Source: Candidatus Rokubacteria bacterium CSP1-6
Lineage (GTDB): Bacteria > Methylomirabilota > Methylomirabilia > Rokubacteriales > CSP1-6
Assembly: GCA_001443385.1 (NCBI GenBank)
Contig: LDXP01000001.1
Coordinates: 5,285 to 69,284, forward strand
Direction of reading: 5' to 3'
Length of the DNA: 64,000 nt
A program made the translations under genes and the position numbers. Positions 1 to 9,822 of the stretch are shown here, one piece after another. The first letter of the stretch is position 1. Every line of letters begins with the position of its first letter. A model generated the notes under the pieces. The model was not told the origin of the DNA. It worked only from the letters and a program-made list of their open reading frames with translations, and did no database searches.

Positions 1-12
1 TCTTAGGGGGTG

Positions 13-1635
13 CTACTTTCCGAGACCTTCGAGGAACTTCTGGAGGCGCCCGGGGAGCTTCTCGGGATCGGTCCGGAGGATGGTCCCCGGCAGCACGCGG
101 ATCGATGGCGAGGCGGAGGTGCCGGTCATCTTGGCCTTGATCTCGCTCCGGCCGTGCTTCATGGTGACGTCGAAATTCATCCTGCCGTCCGCCAGCCCAT
201 ACTCCCCCACCGCCGCCATCCGCATGCGCTCGCTCGTGTAGAGGAAGTCCTGGGTCGTGAGGCGCCCGTCCGTGATCCGGTAGCTGGCGGTGATGGACTC
301 AAAGTCGAGGGGGGAGGCGAAGAGCGAGAGCGGAAGGTCCACGTTGAGGACGGAGGAGAGACCGCCAGCCAACCTCGCCACGCCTCCCATGAGCGCCAGG
401 GCGGCCGGCCCCACGACCTTGCCGGCGCCGATCTTCAGCTGGCCCTGCCCGTTCATCGTGCCCAGGACGTTCGCCGGGCGCGCCGAGAGCTCCCCCGTCA
501 GATCCAGCGGTCCGCTCACCGCGTACCCCTGGCAGAGGTAGTCCACCAGGACCGGCGCGAGGGGGAGCGCCTTAATCGTGATCTCCTTGAGGGAGAGGAG
601 CGGGGCCGGCTGAAACGCGAGGGTGAGGGCGAGCGTGACGCTTCCCCCCGACAGATGCGCCGCGAGCGGGCGGCTCTGAAGCCGCTGCGGATCGTAATCG
701 AGCGGGAAGCGGACCGTCTCGAGCGTCAGTCGCCGTATCCGGGGCTCCGGGCAATCCGGCCGCCGCTCGGTCAGTGTGAGGCGGGCGGAGTCGAGTTGGC
801 CAGCAAGGGCGAGGCGGCCGACGGTCCCGCTGAGGGCGAGCTTGCCTTTGACGGGGCCCGACAGGGCCGGCGAGGGGCCGAGGAGAAAACCCGTCAGGGC
901 GGCCATGTCCTGGGCCTCGAGCGAGATGGCGCCCTTCACGGGCGCCGCGGTCAGCGTCTCCGCGCCGGCAGGCGGGCTCAGCGTGCCGTCGACCTTGATG
1001 GACACGGCGCCGGGGTTGATCTGGGCCTGGCCCCCGATCCCCACGGGCGCGCCGCTGCCGAGCCCTTCCAGGGTGAGCTTCATTCCCTCCACGCGGTAGT
1101 CGGTGGGCGCGCCCTTGGCGGGCCGCACCTGGTAGTGGAGGGCGCCGTCAACGATCCGAAGCCGCGAGATCACGGGAAGCGGCGCGGCGGCCCCCGCCCC
1201 GGGAGCGCGCCCGGTCCCCTTCGATGCTGCCGGGCCGCCCTCCGAGGCCGCGCCGAGACTCGCCACGTTCCACCGCCCCGAGGCATCCTGGATCAGCTCC
1301 ACGCGCGGCCGCTCCAGCGTGAGCTCGGCAAACTCGACCCGCCGCGACAGAAGCGGGCCGAGGCGCAGCCTGAAGCGCCCCTCTCCCACTTTGAGAAACG
1401 GCGTGTTCCCGAACCGCGGATCCTCGGCGATCTCGAGATTCTTCAGGACCACGGCGGGCAGCGGCAGGACGGAGAGCGACAGGTCCGAAAACCTCACCGT
1501 GCGACCCAGGGCCTGGGCGGCCGACTGCGCGACGTAGGCCTTCAACTGCGGCAGGTCAACGAGGTAGGGAACGAGCAGCAACAGGGCGACGGCCAGGACG
1601 ACCAGCGCCCCAATGGCGATCAGGAGCCACTTCAC
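13..1635 (-). CDS. AsmA family protein (AsmA-like lipid-bridge/outer membrane biogenesis)
   Basis: N-terminal TM anchor (KWLLIAIGALVVLAVALLLLVP), AsmA-type N-terminus (LGRTVRFSDLSLS, DASGRWNV), beta-rich C-terminus; GTG at 1635 overlaps upstream TGA (GTGA). Confidence 0.8.
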   Translation of the reverse strand: MKWLLIAIGALVVLAVALLLLVPYLVDLPQLKAYVAQSAAQALGRTVRFSDLSLSVLPLPAVVLKNLEIAEDPRFGNTPFLKVGEGRFRLRLGPLLSRRVEFAELTLERPRVELIQDASGRWNVASLGAASEGGPAASKGTGRAPGAGAAAPLPVISRLRIVDGALHYQVRPAKGAPTDYRVEGMKLTLEGLGSGAPVGIGGQAQINPGAVSIKVDGTLSPPAGAETLTAAPVKGAISLEAQDMAALTGFLLGPSPALSGPVKGKLALSGTVGRLALAGQLDSARLTLTERRPDCPEPRIRRLTLETVRFPLDYDPQRLQSRPLAAHLSGGSVTLALTLAFQPAPLLSLKEITIKALPLAPVLVDYLCQGYAVSGPLDLTGELSARPANVLGTMNGQGQLKIGAGKVVGPAALALMGGVARLAGGLSSVLNVDLPLSLFASPLDFESITASYRITDGRLTTQDFLYTSERMRMAAVGEYGLADGRMNFDVTMKHGRSEIKAKMTGTSASPSIRVLPGTILRTDPEKLPGRLQKFLEGLGK

Positions 1636-3122
1636 CGCGGACCCCGGAGATCCTTCTTCAGGATTTTGCCGGTGGGGCTCTTCGGCAGCGCGGGGATGAA
1701 CTCGACGGCCTCCGGAACCTTGTACGAGGCGATCTTCTGCCGGCAGAGCGCCTTCAGGGCGTCGGCGTCCACGCTTTGCCCCTCTTTGAGGACCACGAAG
1801 GCTTTGACCGCCTCCCCCTTCACCGGGTCCGGCATCCCGAGCACGGCCGCTTCCTTCACGGCCGGGTGGCGAAAGAGGATCTCCTCGACCTCGCGCGGAA
1901 AGACCTTGAAGCCCGAGACGTTGATCATGTCCTTGACGCGGTCCGCGATGTAGTAGTAGCCGTCCTTGTCGCGGTAGCCGATGTCTCCCGAGTGGAGCCA
2001 GCCGTCCCTGACGGTCTGGCCGGTTGCCTCCGGATTCCGGAAGTAGCCTTTCATCACGTTCGGCCCTTTGATCAGGATCTCGCCGAGCTCGCCGTCGGGC
2101 AGCTCGCGCCCGTGCTCGTCCACCACCTTCATCTCCACGTTCTCGATGGGCGTCCCCACCGCGCCGGGGCGGAAGAGGGTGTCGTGGTTGTAGGACGCGA
2201 AGGGCGAGCACTCGGTGAGGCCGTACCCCTGGTGGATCCAGTGGCCGTAGCGCTCGTGCCAGCGGCGTTCCACGTCGGCGGGGAGCATGGCCGCGGCCGA
2301 GAAGCAGAGCCGGAGCGACCGGAAGTCGTGGGCGCTGGTGTCCCCCGCCAGGATCAGGATGTACATCGTCGGGACCGCGTAGAGGAGGGTGATGCGCTCC
2401 CGGCCGATCGCCCCCAGAAACTCCTCCGGGACGAAGCGCTCCTGGAGCACGAGGGTGCCGCCCGAGTTGACGAGGGCGTTCATGATGAAGTTCTGGCCGA
2501 AGCAGTGGAAGAGCGGCAGCGCGCAGAGGCCGCGATCCTCGGGGGTCATCCGGAGGTGATGGCTCGTCGCGTAGACGTTGGAGACGACGTTCGAGTGGGT
2601 CAGCATCACGCCCTTGGGACGGCCCGTGGTGGCGGAGGTGTAGAGGATCGCCGCCATCTCCTCCCGGTCGAGGTCCAGCGCCCGCAGCGCGGGGTCGCCT
2701 GTGAGGGCGGCGAACGAAACCGCTCCCTCGCGCGGTGCGCCGACATTGATCAGGTGGCGGACGGATGGCAGGTCGCCCCGGGACGGGAGGTTTCCGGCCA
2801 CGGGATCGGCGGTGACGACGGCGGCGACTTCCCCGTCCCGGCAGATGTAGGCGATCTCGTCCGCCTTGTAGGTGACGTTGAGCGACAGGGGGACCACGCC
2901 GATCTTCTGGGCGGCGTAGTACGTCAGGACGAACTCGGGCCAGTTCGGGACGTGCAGCCCGATGCGCTCCCCCGGCTTGAGGCCGAGCCCCTTCAGACCC
3001 GAGGCCAGCGCCGAGGCGTCCCGGTCCAGCTCCCGGTAGGTCCAGCGCCGGTCCTTGAAGGCGAGCGCCGGGCGATCCGGGAAGTAGAAGGCCGACCGCT
3101 CGAGCATCTGGGCGACGTTCAT
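1632..3122 (-). CDS. Long-chain fatty acid--CoA ligase (AMP-binding family)
   Basis: YTSATTGRPKG, GYGLTE, GWLHSGD, LPKSPTGKILK motifs. Confidence 0.9.
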   Translation of the reverse strand: MNVAQMLERSAFYFPDRPALAFKDRRWTYRELDRDASALASGLKGLGLKPGERIGLHVPNWPEFVLTYYAAQKIGVVPLSLNVTYKADEIAYICRDGEVAAVVTADPVAGNLPSRGDLPSVRHLINVGAPREGAVSFAALTGDPALRALDLDREEMAAILYTSATTGRPKGVMLTHSNVVSNVYATSHHLRMTPEDRGLCALPLFHCFGQNFIMNALVNSGGTLVLQERFVPEEFLGAIGRERITLLYAVPTMYILILAGDTSAHDFRSLRLCFSAAAMLPADVERRWHERYGHWIHQGYGLTECSPFASYNHDTLFRPGAVGTPIENVEMKVVDEHGRELPDGELGEILIKGPNVMKGYFRNPEATGQTVRDGWLHSGDIGYRDKDGYYYIADRVKDMINVSGFKVFPREVEEILFRHPAVKEAAVLGMPDPVKGEAVKAFVVLKEGQSVDADALKALCRQKIASYKVPEAVEFIPALPKSPTGKILKKDLRGPR

Positions 3123-3127
3123 CGGCA

Positions 3128-3170
3128 CCCCCTCACCCTACCTCTCCCCCCAGGGGGAGAGGAGAAGAGG
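3128..3170. repeat. BoxC/REP-like palindromic repeat
   Basis: CCCCTCACCCTACCTCTCCCCC-CA-GGGGGAGAGG hairpin; same family at 4172, 6191, 8761, 12346. Confidence 0.8.
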
Positions 3171-3183
3171 AATACGGGCATCA

Positions 3184-4152
3184 TCAGGGTATAAGTAAGA
3201 CTTTGCCGGTGGTCTGGCGCCCCTCGAGCTGGCGGTGGGCGTCCGCCGCCTGGGCCAGCGGCAGCGTGAGGTCGATCCTGAGCTTGAGCTTCCCGGCCTT
3301 GATCCATCCCAGCACGTCTCCGGACCGCTGGAGCAGCTCCTGGCGCGTGGCCGTGTGGTGGACGAGGCTCGGGCGCGTGAGGAAGAGAGAGCCTTTCTGG
3401 TTCAGGATGGCCGGATCCAAGGACGGCACGGGCCCGCTCGACTGGCCGTAGAGCGCCATCACCCCGCGCGGGGCCAGGCAGTTCAGGCTCTTGTCGAAGG
3501 TGGTCTTGCCCACCGAGTCGTACACCACCGGGACCCCCGCGCCGCCCGTGATGCGCTTCACCTCCGCCTCGAAGTCCTGCGTGGTGTAGAGGATGACCTC
3601 GTCGGCGCCGGCCGCGCGGGCGAGCTTGGCCTTGGCTTCGGTGGACACCGTGCCGATCACACGGGCGCCGCGCATCTTCGCCATCTGGCAGAGGAGGAGC
3701 CCCACCCCGCCGGCGGCCGCGTGGACCAGGCACCAGTCGCCGGGCTTGAGCGGGTACGTCGCGTGGGAAAGGTAGTGGGCAGTCATCCCCTGGAGCATGG
3801 CCGCCGCCCCCATCTTCCCGTCCAGGCCCTCGGGGAGCTTCACCAGCCGCGCCGCGGGGACGGCGGCGAACTGGGCGTAGGAGCCCAGCACCCCCGAATA
3901 GGCCACCCGGTCGCCCGCCTTCACCTCCGTCACATTGGGGCCCACCTCGGTGACGACGCCCCCGCCTTCCACGCCGAGCGTGATGGGGAGCTGGGCCTTG
4001 TAGAGGCCGGTGCGGTAGTACACATCGATGTAGTTGAGCCCCGCCGCTTCGAGCTTCACCACCGCCTCGCCGGGCGCCGGCTTCGGATCGGGAATATCCT
4101 CCAGGGTGAGCACCTCGGGCCCGCCGAGAGCCTTGACGCGGATCGCTTTCAT
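3184..4152 (-). CDS. qor: NADPH:quinone oxidoreductase (zeta-crystallin/MDR family)
   Basis: GGPEVL, GLNYID, HAAAGGVG, KGSLFLTRPSL, TTGKVLL. Confidence 0.92.
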   Translation of the reverse strand: MKAIRVKALGGPEVLTLEDIPDPKPAPGEAVVKLEAAGLNYIDVYYRTGLYKAQLPITLGVEGGGVVTEVGPNVTEVKAGDRVAYSGVLGSYAQFAAVPAARLVKLPEGLDGKMGAAAMLQGMTAHYLSHATYPLKPGDWCLVHAAAGGVGLLLCQMAKMRGARVIGTVSTEAKAKLARAAGADEVILYTTQDFEAEVKRITGGAGVPVVYDSVGKTTFDKSLNCLAPRGVMALYGQSSGPVPSLDPAILNQKGSLFLTRPSLVHHTATRQELLQRSGDVLGWIKAGKLKLRIDLTLPLAQAADAHRQLEGRQTTGKVLLIP

Positions 4153-4171
4153 GCCGCCTCCTCGTGTTGCT

Positions 4172-4208
4172 TCCCTCTCCCCGGGAGGGAGAGGGTTAGG
4201 GTGAGGGT
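4172..4208. repeat. BoxC/REP-like palindromic repeat
   Basis: CCCTCTCCCCGGGAGGGAGAGGGTTAGGGTGAGGG; contains the TAA stop of the 4196..5041 gene. Confidence 0.8.
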
Positions 4209-5041
4209 GCCTTCTGGACCAGTGAGCGGAGGAAATTATACATGGCGAACGCCTCCAGCGCGAATGGGGGGAACCCCAGGTAGCCCAGCACGGGCATCTC
4301 GAAGATCTTCCAGTCTCCTCCGTAGGGGACCGTGTAGGTCCACCGGCTCAGCGCCCAGAAGTTCCAGAACTCCCACAGCGCCCCGCAGATGAGCCCGCTC
4401 CCGGCGAGCGCGGCCAGAGTGCGGTAGTCGCCCGCCTCGAGCTCGCGGAGCCAGGACGGGGCGCCGCGCCGATGGTTGATCGGCTCCAGCAGGAGAAGGT
4501 ACCCGACCCAGACCAGCGGCGCCAGCCAGCGGGACACCACGAGCAGGGGGAGCGCCACCGCGACGGCCCCGAGCCAGATCGACGCGGCGCGTGCCCACGG
4601 GGGGAGCCTAAATGGGCGCCGGCCGGCGAGGGGGGCGAAGACGGACGCGCGCAGACCCTCGGCGGTGAGAAAGAGGGCGGGGAAGATCGTGGCGAAGGCC
4701 CACGTGTAGCCCGCGAGGCGGAGGGGGAAGCTCGGCTCCAGGTTGTGGTACTGCCACCAGAGCCCCTCGAGGTCGGCCCCGCCCCGCCAGAAGCGCGGGG
4801 CGTTGTGGAGCTCGAAGAGCCACCAGCCGCCGACGGAAGCAACGGCAACCCACGCGAGCTCGCCACGGCGAGTCGTCAGGTACGACTGCCCCGTCCGGGC
4901 GTGGACCAGCGCATCGGCGAACAGAATGTAGCCGGTCCAGACGACCGGCGTGAACCACTCGCCGACGGCGCCGCTTCCCGCGAACAGCAGGGCCTCCGCC
5001 GCGCCGATGATGAGGAGCCCGACCCAGCCGTGGGCCGTCAC
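4196..5041 (-). CDS. Conserved polytopic membrane protein of unknown function
   Basis: About 8 hydrophobic segments with conserved-looking WEFWNFWA..W.Y and FEMPVLGYLGFPPF motifs; high-GC codon pattern. Confidence 0.75.
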   Translation of the reverse strand: MTAHGWVGLLIIGAAEALLFAGSGAVGEWFTPVVWTGYILFADALVHARTGQSYLTTRRGELAWVAVASVGGWWLFELHNAPRFWRGGADLEGLWWQYHNLEPSFPLRLAGYTWAFATIFPALFLTAEGLRASVFAPLAGRRPFRLPPWARAASIWLGAVAVALPLLVVSRWLAPLVWVGYLLLLEPINHRRGAPSWLRELEAGDYRTLAALAGSGLICGALWEFWNFWALSRWTYTVPYGGDWKIFEMPVLGYLGFPPFALEAFAMYNFLRSLVQKAPSP

Positions 5042-5055
5042 CGGACGCCGCAGGC

Positions 5056-5559
5056 TCAGGCCTTCAGGAGCCCGCGCACCTCATCCACCACGGCCTGCCG
5101 CCATTCCTCCAGATGCTCGGTCCGGAGGGCCCGCCGGACCTCCAGCATCTTCTTCTCGACGACCTCCGTGACCTTGGGCGGCCGCTCGATGAAGCGGGCG
5201 ATTTCGTTCATGTGCTCGTCGAAGAAGGCGAACACCGGGATGGATCGGTAGATCCCCTGGTTCAGGTACTGATCCATGAGGTCCGGGTTCTTGTCGCGCA
5301 GGAAGACGCGCATTTCAACGTTGGGATTGCCTTCCACCAGCTTGGCGAAGACGGGGACGTTGTACAGGGCGTCGCCGCACCAGTCCTCGGTGATCACCAG
5401 CACGTTGAGTTTCTTGCCGAGCTTCTTGAGGGCCTCGCGGTCCTCCGGCCGGATCTTGACCTCGCGCAGGAACTCCATGAACTTTTCCTTGTTGGTCCCC
5501 ATCTGATCCAGGTACTGCTGGAAGGTCATCCCCTGCAGGAACCGCTCTTTCGTCACCAT
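5056..5559 (-). CDS. Thioredoxin-like protein (single-Cys WCGD type)
   Basis: LVITEDWCGDA, RDKNPDLMDQYL, SIPVF; GGAG RBS. Confidence 0.85.
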   Translation of the reverse strand: MVTKERFLQGMTFQQYLDQMGTNKEKFMEFLREVKIRPEDREALKKLGKKLNVLVITEDWCGDALYNVPVFAKLVEGNPNVEMRVFLRDKNPDLMDQYLNQGIYRSIPVFAFFDEHMNEIARFIERPPKVTEVVEKKMLEVRRALRTEHLEEWRQAVVDEVRGLLKA

Positions 5560-5569
5560 GGCTCTCTCC

Positions 5570-6148
5570 TTAGCGCATTGCCGAAAGGTCCACCACGAAT
5601 CGGGCCACTTCCTTATCGTCGCTGTCCCGGACCAGGAGGGTCACGCGGCCCTTGCCGTCCAGGTCGTTCGCCGGAAAGGCGTAGACCGAGCGCGAGAGAA
5701 AATGCCCGTCCGCCTGGCGGAGGGCCGTCCGCTCGTTCTGGACGAAGTCCGGCTTGATCTCCGCCTTGCCCTGAACCACCAGCACGGGCTGATACCAGCG
5801 GGCAAAATCCTCGCGCGTCCCTCGGAACTCGGCCCAGAGCACCAGCCGGCCCTGGTGCTCCTTGAGGAGCGAGTCGATCTCCCGCTGCTTGAGGGTCCCG
5901 CTCTTGAAGGCGGCGTTGCGGGCCGCCTGGGCAAGCCGGAAGAAGGGGGTCACGACCTTGAGGGTTTCCCCGGACGCGCTGGTCAGGTTCCACTCGCGGT
6001 CGAACTTCTCGTTCACGATAGCCCGCTGCCCGAAGCGGATCGCCGCCTGGATCTCCTGGGAGGTGAGCGAGAACGACGCGGCGGACAGGGGCGCGCCGCC
6101 GAGGAGCGAGCTCATGAAGATGAGGGAAACCAGCAGTCCGCGCCGCAT
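5570..6148 (-). CDS. Exported hypothetical protein
   Basis: Signal peptide MRRGLLVSLIFMSSLLGGAPLSA; TGn-TAGAAT -10 just upstream. Confidence 0.7.
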   Translation of the reverse strand: MRRGLLVSLIFMSSLLGGAPLSAASFSLTSQEIQAAIRFGQRAIVNEKFDREWNLTSASGETLKVVTPFFRLAQAARNAAFKSGTLKQREIDSLLKEHQGRLVLWAEFRGTREDFARWYQPVLVVQGKAEIKPDFVQNERTALRQADGHFLSRSVYAFPANDLDGKGRVTLLVRDSDDKEVARFVVDLSAMR

Positions 6149-6190
6149 GTGGCGCCAATTCTAACACGCCTCTCGCTTCTTCTCCTCTCC

Positions 6191-6308
6191 CCCCTCACCC
6201 TGCCCTACTCAGATGCCCCTCACCTCTTCTCCTCTCCCCCTCACCCTGCCCTCTCCCCCTCGGGGGGGAGAGGATGAAGGTGAGGGGATTATGAGTGGGG
6301 TGAGGGGG
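6191..6308. repeat. Composite BoxC/REP-like palindromic repeat
   Basis: Several CCCCTCACC units, CCTCTCCCCC-TCG-GGGGGAGAGG hairpin, closing GGTGAGGGG units. Confidence 0.85.
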
Positions 6309-7613
6309 CTAGGGGCTCACATTCCCCACGGTGACGGACGAATAGCCGACGGGGTCGAGGTACCGCCTCGCCACCCGCTGGACATCGGCGGCCGTCACCT
6401 TCTCGATCGCCCGGCGATACCGCGCCGGATAGTCCAGGCCGAGACCGTACTCCTCCACGCCCTGGAGCAGCCCCGCCACCTTCGACGTCGTGTCCATCCG
6501 GAGGGGAAAGCTCCCGATCAGGTAGGCCTTCGCCTTGGCCACTTCGGCGTCCGGCACCGGCTCCCTGCCCATCCGCGCCATCTCCTCGCGAACGAGACGG
6601 CTCGCCTCGGCCGCGCCGTCGGTCCGCGTCTGGAGGCTCACGAGCAGCGTCGCGCCGTAGCGCCCCACCGCGAGGTGACTGGAGACGTCGTAGGCCAGCC
6701 CCCGCTCCTCGCGCACGCGGGTATAGAGGCGCGAGGCGGAGCCGCCCCCCAGGATGTAGCTGGCCACGACGAGCGGGTAGTAATCGGGGTGGCCGTGGCC
6801 GATGGCCGGGCGACCGAGGAAGACCGTGGTCTGGGTGAGCTCGCGCTTGACAGTCCGAGTCCGCGTCGGCGACGCGGCGGGGGCCTGGGGCGGTCGGGGC
6901 GGGGCGCCCGCGGTGGGCTGCCATGCCGCCAGGCGGCGCAGGAGCTCTTGCCGGACGTCGTCGGCCTTGACGTCGCCCGCGGCGACCAGGATGGCGCCGC
7001 CGGGGCGATAGTGGGCGCGATAAAACCCCAGAACCTGCTCGCGCGTGAGCTTCTCGACGGACTCGATCGTCCCGGGCACGGGATGCCCATAGGGATGCCC
7101 GGCGTACAGGATCTCCCCCAGGGCGCGGGCCGCGACGCTCTCCGGGCTCTCCTCCGAGCGGCGGATCGCCGCCTGGATTTCCTTCACCTTCCGCGCCAGC
7201 TCGTCGGCGGGGAACGCCGGCTGGGTCAGCACCTCGGCCAGGAGGTCGAGCCCGAGCCCCAGATCTTTCTTGAGGACCGACAGCGACACCGTCACGCCGT
7301 CCCGGCCCGCGGAGGCCTCCAGGCTCCCTCCCACGAACTCGATGGCCTCGTCGAGCGCGGGCCCGCTCCGCCGGGCGGTCCCCCGGGTGAGGAGCTCCGC
7401 GGTGAGGTTGGCGAGCCCCGGCGCGTCGGGAGGATCGAAGGCCGAGCCCGCGGGAAGGTACACGCGGACCACCACGATAGGGATCGCCCGCCGCTCGGCC
7501 ACCAGGAGCACCGCGCCGTTGGGCAGCACCTGGCGCCGGGCGTCCAGCGAATCCGCTGCGAAGGCGGGAAGCGCGACGAGGACCGCCAGGCACGCGAGAG
7601 CCAGCCGTTGCAT
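6309..7613 (-). CDS. M16 family peptidase-like subunit, non-catalytic, secreted
   Basis: LPNG, GLANLTAELLTRGT in place of HXXEH, ILGGGS.SRLY..VREERGLAY; signal peptide; TGATG coupling to the permease. Confidence 0.9.
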   Translation of the reverse strand: MQRLALACLAVLVALPAFAADSLDARRQVLPNGAVLLVAERRAIPIVVVRVYLPAGSAFDPPDAPGLANLTAELLTRGTARRSGPALDEAIEFVGGSLEASAGRDGVTVSLSVLKKDLGLGLDLLAEVLTQPAFPADELARKVKEIQAAIRRSEESPESVAARALGEILYAGHPYGHPVPGTIESVEKLTREQVLGFYRAHYRPGGAILVAAGDVKADDVRQELLRRLAAWQPTAGAPPRPPQAPAASPTRTRTVKRELTQTTVFLGRPAIGHGHPDYYPLVVASYILGGGSASRLYTRVREERGLAYDVSSHLAVGRYGATLLVSLQTRTDGAAEASRLVREEMARMGREPVPDAEVAKAKAYLIGSFPLRMDTTSKVAGLLQGVEEYGLGLDYPARYRRAIEKVTAADVQRVARRYLDPVGYSSVTVGNVSP

Positions 7614-8740
7614 CAGTCGAGCGACTTCCTGAAGCGCAGCACCGACAGCGTGAAGACCACCGCGCCGAAGGCCAGGAGCGGCAGGAGGCTGGGCCACAGA
7701 AAGTCGAGCCCGACCCCCTTGAGAATAATGCCGCGCACGATCCTGAGGTAATAGGTGAGGGGGATCACGTGCGCCAGGTACTGGGCGGCCTCGGGCATCC
7801 CCTCGATGGGAAAGAGGAGGCCGGAGAGGTAGATCGATGGGAGGAAGGTGAGGAAGGACATCTGCATGGCCTGGGGCACGGTCTTGGCCGCGGTGGAAAT
7901 GAAGATCCCGATCCCCAGCGTCCCCATCATGTAGACCAGCGACAGGATGTAGAGGAGCGCGAGGCTGCCCCGGATCGGCACGTCGAAGACGAAGTGCGCC
8001 ACGAGGAGCGCCATCGTCATCTGGCCGTAGGCCACCAGAAGGTTCGGGATGATCTTTCCCAGCATCAGCTCCCAGCGGCGGATGGGGCTGACGATGAGGG
8101 CTTCAAGGGTCCCCTTCTCGCGCTCGCGCACCACCGTCACCGCCATGGCGGTGATCGTCGTCTGCATGAGCAGGGCCCCGATAAGCCCCGGGACGATGAA
8201 GATCGCGCTCACCAGGTCGGGGTTGTACCAGGCGCGCACGCGGAAGTCCACCGGCGGCTGCTCCCGCCGCACGCCCGGGGTGCCCTCGAGGTTCCGGGTC
8301 AGAACCCCGAGAGAAAGCTGGGCGCCGAGGGAGCTGGCGGAGCTGATCGCCGAGGTCGCCACCATCGGGTCGGAGGCGTCCACGATCACCTGGATCTCGG
8401 CCGCCTGGCGGGAGAGGCGCTTGGCGTAGTCGGGGGGGATCACCACGCCGACCTTGGCCCGGCCGGCGTCCACCAGCCGGGTGAGCTCGGCGTGGCTCGT
8501 GACCCAGTAGCGGATGGTGAAGTACTGGCTGTTCTCGAAGGATTCCAGCAGCGTGCGCGCTTCCACGCTTCCGGACTGGTCGAAGACCGCGGTGGGGATG
8601 TGCTTGACGTCGGTGTTGATGGCCCAGCCGAAGATGAAGAGCATGGCGACCGGCACGAACAGCGCCAGCGTCACCGCGAGCGGGTCGCGGCGGAGGTGGA
8701 TGAACTCCTTGCCGATCATGCCCAGCAGCCTGGATCCCAT
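7613..8740 (-). CDS. ABC-2 type exporter permease (YbhR/YbhS-like)
   Basis: KEFIHLRRD, WYNPDL, VREREKGTLEAL, LSGLLFPIEGMP. Confidence 0.92.
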   Translation of the reverse strand: MGSRLLGMIGKEFIHLRRDPLAVTLALFVPVAMLFIFGWAINTDVKHIPTAVFDQSGSVEARTLLESFENSQYFTIRYWVTSHAELTRLVDAGRAKVGVVIPPDYAKRLSRQAAEIQVIVDASDPMVATSAISSASSLGAQLSLGVLTRNLEGTPGVRREQPPVDFRVRAWYNPDLVSAIFIVPGLIGALLMQTTITAMAVTVVREREKGTLEALIVSPIRRWELMLGKIIPNLLVAYGQMTMALLVAHFVFDVPIRGSLALLYILSLVYMMGTLGIGIFISTAAKTVPQAMQMSFLTFLPSIYLSGLLFPIEGMPEAAQYLAHVIPLTYYLRIVRGIILKGVGLDFLWPSLLPLLAFGAVVFTLSVLRFRKSLD

Positions 8741-8760
8741 TTGCTGAAACCCTCCCTGGC

Positions 8761-8856
8761 CCCCTCACCTTCTCCTCTCCGACCCCCTCACCCTACCTCT
8801 CCCCGCTGGGGAGAGGAGAAGAGGTGAGGGGCATCTGAGTTGGGCAGGGTGAGGGG
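8761..8856. repeat. Composite BoxC/REP-like palindromic repeat
   Basis: 8808-8856 is the reverse complement of 6191-6239 (48/49 identical). Confidence 0.85.
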
Positions 8857-8862
8857 CCGTTG

Positions 8863-9822
8863 CTACACCGCCCGGAGCTGTTCGCGCAGCCGCGCCTTAC
8901 GCTCCTTGTCCACGAAGGAGACGAACAGGTCCTCCACCGACGGCTCCACCTCGTGGGCCCATTCGACGGCGAGGCCGTGGCGCTTCAGGTAGGCGACGAC
9001 CTCCTCCGGGGCGCCCCGTTCGTCGGCGAGGACGAGGTGGAGGCGGAGCCCCACCCGCGTGACGTCCTCGACGGCCGGCCATTCCGCCAGGAGGTCGGTG
9101 GCCCGCCGGAGATCGTCGGTCTCGATCTCGACCACCGGCTTCCGGAACGTCTCGCCCTTGATGGAGGCCGGGGTGCCCTGGGCGATCAGCTGGCCCTGAT
9201 AGATGAAGCCCAGCGTGTCGCACAGCTCCGCCTCGTCCATGTAGTGCGTGGTGACGACGGCGGTGATCCCTTCCTCCACGAGGCGCCGGATCAGCCCCCA
9301 GAAGTTCCGGCGCGACACGGGATCGACGCCGGCGGTGGGCTCGTCGAGGAAGAGCAGGCGCGGCCCGTGGACCAGGGCGCACGCCAGGGCGAGCCGCTGG
9401 CGGTAGCCACCGGAGAGATAGGCGGCGCGCTTCGTCTCCTGGCCGGTCAGGTCGGCCAGCCGGACCATCTGGGCGACCCGGCGGGCGCGATCCTGGCGCG
9501 GCACCATATAGACGCGGGCGTAGAACGTCAGGTTCTCCTCGGCCGTCAGGTCGTCGTAGAGGGAGAACTTCTGGGACATGTAGCCGATCGACGACTTGAC
9601 CCGCTCGGGCTCGCGGATCAGGTCGATGCCCAGCACACTGCCCTGCCCCTCGGTAGGCTCGAGGATCCCGCAGAGCATGCGGAGGGTGGTGGACTTTCCC
9701 GCGCCGTTGGGGCCGAGGAACCCGTAGAGCTCGCCCGTCCGGATGTGGAGGTCGAGATGGTCCACGGCGACGAGCTTGCCGAAGCGCCGCGTCAATCCCT
9801 CAGTCACGACCGCGTAGTCCAT
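8863..9822 (-). CDS. ABC exporter ATP-binding protein (YbhF-like, single NBD)
   Basis: GPNGAGKS, LSGG, LLFLDEPTAGVD; TAATG coupling at 9822. Confidence 0.92.
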   Translation of the reverse strand: MDYAVVTEGLTRRFGKLVAVDHLDLHIRTGELYGFLGPNGAGKSTTLRMLCGILEPTEGQGSVLGIDLIREPERVKSSIGYMSQKFSLYDDLTAEENLTFYARVYMVPRQDRARRVAQMVRLADLTGQETKRAAYLSGGYRQRLALACALVHGPRLLFLDEPTAGVDPVSRRNFWGLIRRLVEEGITAVVTTHYMDEAELCDTLGFIYQGQLIAQGTPASIKGETFRKPVVEIETDDLRRATDLLAEWPAVEDVTRVGLRLHLVLADERGAPEEVVAYLKRHGLAVEWAHEVEPSVEDLFVSFVDKERKARLREQLRAV

